The translations under genes were made by a program, and so were the position numbers. The notes beneath the pieces were generated by a model. It was given only the letters and a program-made list of their open reading frames with translations, had not been told where the DNA came from and ran no database searches. From Planctomycetota bacterium (GTDB lineage Bacteria; Planctomycetota; UBA1135; UBA2386), in contig OZ245838.1 of NCBI GenBank assembly GCA_965228735.1, positions 4,224,001 through 4,288,000 of the forward strand: 64,000 nucleotides of DNA, given 5' to 3'. Shown piece after piece: positions 10,734-18,599 of the stretch; position 1 is the first letter of the stretch, and each line of letters begins with the position of its first letter.

Positions 10734-11999
10734 GTGCCCCCTCCTGCCGCGAACATCCGAACGGTCGCCGCGCTGACTGCGATCAGCCTCGCCGCGGTCG
10801 GCTGCCACGACGGTGCCGCCGATGCCACGGGCCCGGTGGCGCCGCAGCCGACACCGACGGCGCTCGGTGACCCGCTGCCCGGCCTCACGAGCGCGGAACT
10901 CGCGGCGTTCGAGCGCGGCCGCGCGTTGTTCACGAAGCGCTTCGCCCCGAGCGAGGGGCTCGGCCCGCTCTACAACGCGACATCCTGCGCGTCGTGCCAC
11001 AGCACCCCGGCGATCGGCGGGAGCGCCGGCCTCTACCGCAACTTCTACGTGGCGGTCTACGACCTCGGTTTCGGCTTCCAGTCCAACCTCGCCGGCCTGC
11101 CGAGCCCGGTCGTGCCGGCCTTCGGCGCGCCCGGCACCGCGCATCGCCTCGACGCGCCGCGGGTGTCGATGGGCAGCACGACGTTCGCGGTCGTGGCCGG
11201 GCAACGCAACTCGGTCCCGATCTTCGGCACCGGCCTGTTCGAGTTCGTCGGCAACGACACGATCCTGGCCAACGCCGACCCCGAGGATCTCGACGGCGAC
11301 GGGATCAGCGGTCGGACCAACGGCGACGGCGTCGGGCTCGGTCGCTTCGGCCGCAAGGCGCAATCGAACAACGTCGAGTTCTTCACGCGCGCGCCGCTGA
11401 TGAACCAGATGGGCATCACGAGCGATCCGTTCCGCGGCGCGGCGGGCACGGTCGCGCTCGCGCCGGGCACAGCTGTGTCGCAGGGCACGGGCACCCCCAA
11501 CGCGCGCACGACCGATGCCGATCCCGTGCCCGATCCCGAGATCGCGCCGAGCGACCTCGGCGACCTCATCGCGTTCACCCGCTTCCTCGCGCCACCGGCC
11601 CCGTTGCCGTTCAATGCCGCGGCGACCCGCGGCGAAGTGACGTTCCGGGCCATCGGCTGCGCCAGGTGTCACGTGCCGATGCTGCCGTCATCGCGCGGTC
11701 CGGTGCGCGCCTATACCGACCTGCTCATCCACGACATGGGAGCGGAGCTCGCGGAGGGCATCGACTTCGGCACCCCGCAGAGCTCGCCGTCGAGCCCGGC
11801 CGGCAACGGGTCGGAGTGGCGCACGCAGCCGCTCTGGGGCGTCTCGCGGTTTCCGCCCTACCTGCATGACGGTCGCGCCGCGACGCTCGACGAAGCGATC
11901 CGCATGCACGGCGGCGAGGCGGTGACGATCCGCAACGCCTACGTCGTGATGCCGGCCGGACAACGCGAGGACCTGCTCGAGTTCTTGAGGCACCTGTGA
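10734..11999 (+). CDS. Di-heme oxidoreductase family (DUF1111-like) lipoprotein
   Basis: Two CxxCH motifs (CASCH, CARCH), GLGPLYN, GRFGRKA, WRTQPLWG, YLHDGRA, and a lipobox AVGC. Confidence 0.85.
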   Translation: MPPPAANIRTVAALTAISLAAVGCHDGAADATGPVAPQPTPTALGDPLPGLTSAELAAFERGRALFTKRFAPSEGLGPLYNATSCASCHSTPAIGGSAGLYRNFYVAVYDLGFGFQSNLAGLPSPVVPAFGAPGTAHRLDAPRVSMGSTTFAVVAGQRNSVPIFGTGLFEFVGNDTILANADPEDLDGDGISGRTNGDGVGLGRFGRKAQSNNVEFFTRAPLMNQMGITSDPFRGAAGTVALAPGTAVSQGTGTPNARTTDADPVPDPEIAPSDLGDLIAFTRFLAPPAPLPFNAAATRGEVTFRAIGCARCHVPMLPSSRGPVRAYTDLLIHDMGAELAEGIDFGTPQSSPSSPAGNGSEWRTQPLWGVSRFPPYLHDGRAATLDEAIRMHGGEAVTIRNAYVVMPAGQREDLLEFLRHL

Positions 12000-13042
12000 C
12001 CCGGGCCATCGGTCGGAGCGTGACGATCGCCGCCTTCGGCATCGTGACTGCCTGCGGGAACGAACCGGACACGTCGCCTTCGCCGACACCGACCGCGAGA
12101 ACGACGCCGGCCGCGTTCACGGTGCGCGGACGCTGGCCGCAGGAGAACGCGAACCCACGGCCCACGCTCCGCTATCGCGTCGAGAATCGCGGACTGCCGT
12201 TCGACGAAGCCGCGGTGAACGCGGCGATCGGTCGCGCCGCGGACCGCTGGAACACGACCGGGTTGGTCACGTTCGCCGCGACCACGGCGAAGGACGCCGA
12301 TCTCCTCATCAGCTGGCACACCGGCCACCACGGGGCATGCCAGCCGTTCGGCGTCGGCTCGGACGTCGCCCACAGCGGCCCGGTCGCGCCGGGAACGTTC
12401 ATCCACTTCGACGGCGACCGTGACTGGACGGCCGAGTCGGTGTTCGCCACCGCGCTGCACGAGCTCGGCCACGTGCTCGGACTCGGTCACAGCGCCGCGG
12501 ACGACGCGGTCATGAGCACGGCAGCGGATCGACCGACCGAGCTGTCGCCGCACGACCTCGCCGGGCTGGCCTCGCTGTACGGCCCGAACGAGCACGCGAG
12601 CGCCGCGGCCGGGGACCTCGTGATCGACGGCGGACCCGTGCTGCGCGGAATCGCGCCGGCCGCGACGTGCGACTTCGCGGCCCTCGACGCGGACGGCGAC
12701 GGCGCGGACGACCTGCTCGTCTGGCGCACCGACGCGGCGGGTCACGGTGCGTTGACGATATACCGGTTCGACTCCGGGCTCCGCCTCGCCGGCACCCGCG
12801 GACCGTTTCTCGGCGTGATCGCGACCGGCAGCACGGTGCGGCTCGCCGTCGGCCCGACGGGCGCGCGCTACCTCGCGAGCATCGTCGGTGACCGCGAGTT
12901 GCTGCGGGAGTTCGACCGACACGGCATTCCCGGCACCCCGCGCACACCGCCGCCGCCCGGCCTGTTACAGGCCGGCGAGCCGGTGGCGACCGGGGACTTC
13001 AACGGCGACGGCGCGGCCGAGCTCGTGCGACGACCGCACTGA
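11996..13042 (+). CDS. Matrixin-family (M10) zinc metalloprotease lipoprotein with FG-GAP-like repeats
   Basis: HELGHVLGLGH zinc motif, Met-turn AVM, IHFD, DADGDGADDL and GDFNGDG repeats; GTGA overlap with the upstream gene. Confidence 0.85.
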   Translation: MTRAIGRSVTIAAFGIVTACGNEPDTSPSPTPTARTTPAAFTVRGRWPQENANPRPTLRYRVENRGLPFDEAAVNAAIGRAADRWNTTGLVTFAATTAKDADLLISWHTGHHGACQPFGVGSDVAHSGPVAPGTFIHFDGDRDWTAESVFATALHELGHVLGLGHSAADDAVMSTAADRPTELSPHDLAGLASLYGPNEHASAAAGDLVIDGGPVLRGIAPAATCDFAALDADGDGADDLLVWRTDAAGHGALTIYRFDSGLRLAGTRGPFLGVIATGSTVRLAVGPTGARYLASIVGDRELLREFDRHGIPGTPRTPPPPGLLQAGEPVATGDFNGDGAAELVRRPH

Positions 13043-13172
13043 GCACGCGATCACACGCAAGCTGCGGCGCGAATCGGAGTCGAGCTGTAACCGACGCGCG
13101 ACTCCGGAGCACTGATCCTGTGAGCACCCCGCCAGTGGGGTCGAAACCCGCAGTATGCGAAAGGAGCCAGTG

Positions 13173-13658
13173 ATGGAGATCGACTTCGATTCGACGGACG
13201 GGGTCACCGACTACGTGACGGTGCCGCCCGGGACCTATCTGTGCCGCGTGGCCGAGGTCCGGGCCGGCACGACGCGCGGCGGCGACGACCGCTGGTCGCT
13301 GCGCCTCGTGGTGGCCGAGGGCCAGCACGTCGGCAAGCAGGCCGCATGGGACAATCTCGTGTTCAGTGCGCGCGGTCGGATGCGCGCTCGGCTCGTGATG
13401 CAGGCCCTCGGGTTGCCGGCGCGCGGCAAGGTCCAGATCGATCCCCAGGACCTCGATGGGCGGTCCGCGTTCGTCGAGATCCGACCCGCGGAATACCAGG
13501 ACTCGGCCGGCCACCTGATCCGGCGCAACGAGGTGCCGTACGACGGCTATCGCCGGGCCGACGGGAGCCAGGACCGGGCCTCGGCTGACGCGGGCGAGGA
13601 CCGCACCGACCCCGTGCCGGGCGAAGCCACACCCGACATGCGCGAGATCCCGTTCTGA
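13173..13658 (+). CDS. DUF669-family protein, putative phage-type single-stranded DNA-binding protein
   Basis: VPPGTYLCRV start typical of DUF669, an acidic tail ending EIPF, and SD AAGGAG at 13161. Confidence 0.7.
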   Translation: MEIDFDSTDGVTDYVTVPPGTYLCRVAEVRAGTTRGGDDRWSLRLVVAEGQHVGKQAAWDNLVFSARGRMRARLVMQALGLPARGKVQIDPQDLDGRSAFVEIRPAEYQDSAGHLIRRNEVPYDGYRRADGSQDRASADAGEDRTDPVPGEATPDMREIPF

Positions 13659-13659
13659 C

Positions 13660-13722
13660 CAGGATCATGAACACCGGTTGCAGGATCGCGATCATCGGTT
13701 GACGGATCACGATCATCGGTTG
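13660..13722. repeat. Three tandem 21-bp imperfect direct repeats
   Basis: caggatcatgaacaccggttg / caggatcgcgatcatcggttg / acggatcacgatcatcggttg. Confidence 0.9.
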
Positions 13723-13753
13723 ACCGGGCGGCGTCCGCCTGGACAACCGTGGC

Positions 13754-14584
13754 ATGCCGGAGCTGATCGAGTCGTCGTTGCCGATCCAGGCAGGCACGCT
13801 GGTGCTGACGTTGCTGTTGTGCCTCGTGCCGCACCTGGCGCGGCGTGGGCGCACCGTCGTGGCCGTGTTGCTCGCGCTGCCGGCCCTCGGCCTGCTCGTC
13901 GACGTGGTGGCACTCGACCACTCGGGCACGAACGTGGTCGAGGTCGTCAACGTGTTCGGCCGCGCGCCAGAGGGGGAGCCGCACATCTGGGTCACGGACA
14001 CGGTCGAGGCGGCTGCGTGGGCGTGGCACGTCGCGGCCGCGATCCTGCTCGCGTCGGCGGCGATCGTCGTGCTCGCGCTGCGCGGTCGCCCGACCGGGAC
14101 ACCGCGGCCGGTGCTGTTCGGCGCGGTGATCTTCGCGTTCTTCACCGCGGGCCGCCTCGCGCTCGAGGCCACCGGCGCGCACCAACCGATCGCCTGGGGG
14201 TTCAGCGCCAATACGGCGCTGCTCGTAGTGTTGCCGTTCTTCGGTTTCTGGTGCGCGCGGCGCGGCACACGACCCGGGAGCTACGTGGCGAAGCTCGCGC
14301 TGCTGGGGCTCGCGCAACGCATCCCGCTGATCGCGGCCGGCTGGGTGGCGACGACGTACGAACTCGGGACGCACCTCGACACCGGCGTGATCACCGACGT
14401 GATGATCCCGGGCCTCGGCAACTTCGAGCTCGCGACACCGACGGAACGCTGGTTCTACCCGACGCTGATCCCGCAGCTCACCGTCTGGGTCGTCATGACC
14501 GTGCTGTTCGGCGCCGTGCTCTCGATCCTGCCGTACTGGCTCGCGAGTCGCGGCGACCGCACATCGGACCAGAAGAAGGTGTAG
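13754..14584 (+). CDS. Hypothetical integral membrane protein
   Basis: About 7 hydrophobic segments; first gene of an apparent operon ending in lemA. Confidence 0.7.
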   Translation: MPELIESSLPIQAGTLVLTLLLCLVPHLARRGRTVVAVLLALPALGLLVDVVALDHSGTNVVEVVNVFGRAPEGEPHIWVTDTVEAAAWAWHVAAAILLASAAIVVLALRGRPTGTPRPVLFGAVIFAFFTAGRLALEATGAHQPIAWGFSANTALLVVLPFFGFWCARRGTRPGSYVAKLALLGLAQRIPLIAAGWVATTYELGTHLDTGVITDVMIPGLGNFELATPTERWFYPTLIPQLTVWVVMTVLFGAVLSILPYWLASRGDRTSDQKKV

Positions 14585-14587
14585 ACC

Positions 14588-15289
14588 GTGGAACCGGGAA
14601 TGATCGTCCTGCTCGTCATCGGCGGGCTCATCGTCATCGGCATCGGCGCCTACCTGTCGTGGAAGGCGGAGCAGAAGCGACGCGCCGAGCTCGCCGCCTT
14701 CGCGCAGAGGCACGGCCTGCGGTTCGACCCGGGCCACGACTCGTCGCACGACGACGAGTATGCGCAGTTCGAGATCTTCCGGCGGGGACACTCGCGCGTC
14801 GCGCGCAACACGATCTCGGGCCGGGTCGATCTGTTCGATCGGTCGTGCCGGCTCGTGGGCGGGGACTTCCGCTACAAGGTCACGTCCAGCAACGGCAAGC
14901 AGACGACGACGACGACCTACAACTTCAGCTACCTCATCGTGCACCCGCCGTGGGACACGCCCGCGCTGCTGATCCGGCCCGAGGGGTTCTTCGACAAGGT
15001 CGCCGGCGCATTCGGATTCGACGACATCGATTTCGAGTCGGCCGAGTTCAGCCGCAAGTTCTACGTCAAGTCGACGGACAAGCGGTTCGCCTACGACGTC
15101 GTGCACCCGCGGATGATGGAGTTCCTGCTCGCCGCGCGGCCGCCGATGATCGACATCGAGGACGGCGCGCTCTGCCTCGGCGGCGGCAAGAAGCGCTGGC
15201 CGCCCGCAGAGTTCGAGGCCCGGCTCGAACTGGTGCGGAAGTTCTGCGAGCTGTGGCCGCGCCATCTCGTGCGCGATCTCGACTCGTGA
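14588..15289 (+). CDS. LemA-associated membrane-anchored protein (DUF3137-like)
   Basis: N-terminal TM segment and a DIDFESAEFSRKFYV...HPRMMEFL motif; adjacent to lemA. Confidence 0.7.
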   Translation: MEPGMIVLLVIGGLIVIGIGAYLSWKAEQKRRAELAAFAQRHGLRFDPGHDSSHDDEYAQFEIFRRGHSRVARNTISGRVDLFDRSCRLVGGDFRYKVTSSNGKQTTTTTYNFSYLIVHPPWDTPALLIRPEGFFDKVAGAFGFDDIDFESAEFSRKFYVKSTDKRFAYDVVHPRMMEFLLAARPPMIDIEDGALCLGGGKKRWPPAEFEARLELVRKFCELWPRHLVRDLDS

Positions 15290-15326
15290 GGAACTGCGGT
15301 GACGACGCGGTAGAGTCCTGACCCGC

Positions 15327-15884
15327 ATGGAAGTCCTCCTGATCGTCGGCGGCGTCCTCCTGATCCCCGTGATCTGGTGGATCGTGATCTACAACCGCTT
15401 CGTGCGTCTGCGTCACGCGCTGAAGGAGAGCTGGGCCGACATCGACGTCGAGCTCAAGCGGCGTTACGACCTGATCCCCAACCTCGTCGAGACGGTCAAG
15501 GGCTACGCCAAGCATGAGGCCGACGTGCTCGAACGCGTCACGGAGATGCGCAACAAGGCGCAGGGCAACCACGGTTCGGCCGGGTCGCAAGCGCGCGACG
15601 AGAACGCGCTCGCCGTGTCGATGAAGTCGCTGTTCGCCGTCGCGGAGAACTACCCCGACCTCAAGGCCGACGCGCACTTCCTCGCGCTGCAGGAAGAACT
15701 CGGCATCACCGAGGATCGGATCGCCGCGGCCCGCCGGTTCTTCAACGGCAACGTGCGCGACATGCGCAACCTGCGGGAGTCGTTTCCCACGAGCATCGTC
15801 GGCTCGGCGATGGGTATCGAAGAACCGACGTTCTTCGAGCTCGAGGACGACAACGAGCGGACCGCGCCGCGCGTGCGGGTCTGA
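15327..15884 (+). CDS. lemA: LemA family protein
   Basis: YNRFV, IDVELKRRYDLIPNLVETVKGYAKHE, ENYPDLKA and EDRIAAARRFFN motifs. Confidence 0.93.
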   Translation: MEVLLIVGGVLLIPVIWWIVIYNRFVRLRHALKESWADIDVELKRRYDLIPNLVETVKGYAKHEADVLERVTEMRNKAQGNHGSAGSQARDENALAVSMKSLFAVAENYPDLKADAHFLALQEELGITEDRIAAARRFFNGNVRDMRNLRESFPTSIVGSAMGIEEPTFFELEDDNERTAPRVRV

Positions 15885-15910
15885 GCCGGAGCGCTGCCGG
15901 AATACGGGTT

Positions 15911-16261
15911 TCAGAGGCCGGTGATCCGGCGCGCCGTGAACTCGGCGACCCGCTCGTTCTTCACCGTGATGCCTTCGTCACGCAGCAGCTTCGCCTGCTG
16001 CCGCGCGGCCGTGGTTCCGGGTCGGGCCAGGCGGCCGCGCGCATCGACGACCCGCCACCACGGCACGTCGCTGCCGGGGGGCAGCGCCGCGAGCGCCCAA
16101 CCGACGTGGCGCGCGACGTTCTTGCTGCCGAGCGCTTCCGCGACATCGCCGTAGCTCGCGACCGCGCCCTCGGGCACGCGCCGCACTGCCTCGTGCACCG
16201 CCGCGTGGAATCCCGGGCCGACGATGCGGTGCGGGCCGTGGCGTTCGGGCTCGTAGGGCAT
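15911..16261 (-). CDS. Alkyltransferase-like (ATL/YbaZ, MGMT family) protein
   Basis: VPEGAVASYGDVA, ARHVGWAL, and PWWRVV (W in place of the catalytic Cys of PCHRV). Confidence 0.85.
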   Translation of the reverse strand: MPYEPERHGPHRIVGPGFHAAVHEAVRRVPEGAVASYGDVAEALGSKNVARHVGWALAALPPGSDVPWWRVVDARGRLARPGTTAARQQAKLLRDEGITVKNERVAEFTARRITGL

Positions 16262-16313
16262 GCCGGGATCATGCTGGCTTGACCCCGCCCCGCGCCACCC
16301 TTTCGATCCTGCG

Positions 16314-18332
16314 GTGAGCGACGCTGCGAAGACCCGGGCCCGGCTGCAGGAACTGCGCGAGCGGATCCGCGCCGCGGACGAGCTCTACTACAACCGGGGG
16401 CAGAGCGACGTCACGGATCAGGAGTACGACGAGTGGTTCGGGGAGCTGCGCAAGCTCGAGAATCAGAACCCCGACCTCGTGACCGCCGATTCGCCGACCC
16501 AGCGTGTCGGTGCACCGCTGCCGAAGGGTGGCAAGTTCGAGACTCACGAACACCTCGCGCCGATGGGCAGCCTCGAGTCGCTGCACACCAGTGACGAGGT
16601 CCGCGACTTTGCGCGGCGCGCAGCCAAGCTGCTCGGCGATGCGGAACAGGAGCTCGTGTGGAGCTGCGAACCCAAGCTCGACGGCACGAGCGCGAATCTG
16701 CTCTACGAGAACGGCCGGCTCGTGCGCGGCCTGTCGCGCGGCGACGGCAGCAGCGGCGAGGACCTCACGCGCAACCTCAAGACGATCCGCAACCTGCCGC
16801 TCGCACTCGGCGGCGAGGGCCCGTTCCCGAGCCGGATCGAGATCCGCGGCGAGGTGATCATGCAGACGGCCGCGTTCCGGCGGCTGCAGGAGCGGGAGGA
16901 GACGAGCAGTGAAGGCACGTTCCGCAACGCGCGCAACACGGTCGCCGGGACACTCAAGCTGCTCGACCCACGGATCGTGAAGCGGCGGCCGCTCGACTTC
17001 ATCGCGTTCGGCGTCGGCCACGTCGAGGGTATGGAGTTCGCGACGCACACGGCGCTGCGCGAGCAATTGCGCGCGTGGGGATTCACGATCGCGGAGCCGA
17101 GCGCGACGGCGAACGACATCGCCGGCGTGCTCGCGTATCGCGACGATCTCGAGGCGCGGCGCGACTCGCTCGCCTACGAACTCGACGGGATCGTCGCGAA
17201 GGTCGACGACATCGCGGATCAACAGCAGCTCGGGCGCACGTCGCGAACGCCGCGCTGGGCGCTGGCCTACAAGTTCGCGCCGCGGCTCGCGACGACGACG
17301 GTGCTCGCGATCGAGTCGCAGGTCGGCCGCACGGGCCAGGTCACCCCCGTGGCGCAGTTCGAGCCGACGGAGCTCGCCGGCGTGACGATCCGCAACGCGT
17401 CGCTGCACAACTGGGCGCTGCTCGAAGAACGCGACATTCGGGCGGGCGACACGGTCGAGATCCAGCGCGCCGGGGACGTGATTCCGGAGGTCGTGCGGGT
17501 GTTCGTCGAGAAGCGGAGCAAGGGCAGCAGGAAGACGAAGCCGCCAACGCACTGCCCGGTGTGTCAGAGCGAGCTGCAGCCCGAGGGCAAGTTCCTCTAC
17601 TGCCAGTTCCTCGACTGCCGCGCCCAGCTCAACGGTCGCATCGTGCACCTCGCGAGCCGCCGCGCGTTCGACATCGAAGGCCTCGGACCGAAGCAGGTCG
17701 AACAGCTCACCGAGGCCGGCATCGTCACGTCGCTCGAGGACGTGTTCACGCTCGGCAGCCAGCGCGAGCGCCTGCTCGAGCTCGACCGCTGGGGCGAACG
17801 CAGCACGCAGAACCTGCTCGACAATCTCGAGGCCAGCAAGAAGCCCGCCCTCGCGCGCTTCCTCAACGGCCTCGGCATTCGTCACGTCGGCGAACAGACC
17901 GCGAAGGATCTGGCACGCAACTTCGGCTCGCTCGAGCGACTGCGCGAGGCGAGCCCCGAACAGCTGCTCGCAGTCGACGGCGTCGGTGAGGAGGTCCAGC
18001 GCGCCATCCTCGACTTCTTCGCCGACGCGCGCAATGCCAAGACCCTGACCGCGCTCGCGGACGCCGGCGTGCAGCCCCAGGAGAGCGAACCGACCGCCGG
18101 CGCGCTCGACGGCCGCGTCTTCGTGTTCACCGGCGGCCTCACCTCGATGACGCGCGACGAAGCAAAAGAACGCGTCGAGCAGCACGGCGCGAGGACCGCG
18201 GGCGGCATCAGCAAGAAGGTCACCGACGTCGTCGCCGGCACGGACGCCGGCAGCAAACTCGAGAAGGCCAGGAAGCTCGAGCTCCGCATTCTCGACGAAG
18301 ACGAGTTCCAGGCACTCCTGGCCGAGCTATGA
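16314..18332 (+). CDS. ligA: NAD-dependent DNA ligase
   Basis: EPKLDG adenylation motif, SRGDG, ELDGIVAK, PRWALAYKF, VGRTG, C4 zinc finger, HhH repeats and BRCT domain. GTG start at 16314. Confidence 0.97.
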   Translation: MSDAAKTRARLQELRERIRAADELYYNRGQSDVTDQEYDEWFGELRKLENQNPDLVTADSPTQRVGAPLPKGGKFETHEHLAPMGSLESLHTSDEVRDFARRAAKLLGDAEQELVWSCEPKLDGTSANLLYENGRLVRGLSRGDGSSGEDLTRNLKTIRNLPLALGGEGPFPSRIEIRGEVIMQTAAFRRLQEREETSSEGTFRNARNTVAGTLKLLDPRIVKRRPLDFIAFGVGHVEGMEFATHTALREQLRAWGFTIAEPSATANDIAGVLAYRDDLEARRDSLAYELDGIVAKVDDIADQQQLGRTSRTPRWALAYKFAPRLATTTVLAIESQVGRTGQVTPVAQFEPTELAGVTIRNASLHNWALLEERDIRAGDTVEIQRAGDVIPEVVRVFVEKRSKGSRKTKPPTHCPVCQSELQPEGKFLYCQFLDCRAQLNGRIVHLASRRAFDIEGLGPKQVEQLTEAGIVTSLEDVFTLGSQRERLLELDRWGERSTQNLLDNLEASKKPALARFLNGLGIRHVGEQTAKDLARNFGSLERLREASPEQLLAVDGVGEEVQRAILDFFADARNAKTLTALADAGVQPQESEPTAGALDGRVFVFTGGLTSMTRDEAKERVEQHGARTAGGISKKVTDVVAGTDAGSKLEKARKLELRILDEDEFQALLAEL

Positions 18333-18478
18333 GCGACCCCACGGCCCACGAGCCCACGGAGCGCGCCGCCGCGACGCCGATCCGTCGCCGCACCGCCCCA
18401 GTGCGGCTGACCCTCATGGGCATCGCCCTCGGCCTCGCGCTCTACGCCACCTACCTCCTGATCGGCGCCCTGCCCTGA
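18329..18478 (+). CDS. Small membrane protein (49 aa)
   Basis: ATGA overlap with the ligA stop; MSDPTAHE...LTLMGIALGLALYATYLLIGALP has a C-terminal TM helix. Below the ORF-track length cutoff. Confidence 0.55.
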   Translation: MSDPTAHEPTERAAATPIRRRTAPVRLTLMGIALGLALYATYLLIGALP

Positions 18479-18481
18479 AGT

Positions 18482-18596
18482 TGGCAGTACTGAACCCGCT
18501 TCGAATCCGCCACGCCCGCGTCGACGTAATCGACGTTCCTGCGGTTGGATGGCCGACCAGGCTGGTGGCGAATTCGAAGCGGGTTCAGTATCGCCA
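18482..18596. repeat. REPIN/BIME-like palindromic element, family A, copy 1
   Basis: 32-bp inverted arms (18482-18513 and 18565-18596, 3 mismatches) around a 51-bp spacer, between convergent genes. Confidence 0.85.
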
Positions 18597-18599
18597 CCT

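Noticed and set aside
13173..13722. Prophage remnant around DUF669
   Set aside because: No other phage genes, integrase or att-like sites nearby.
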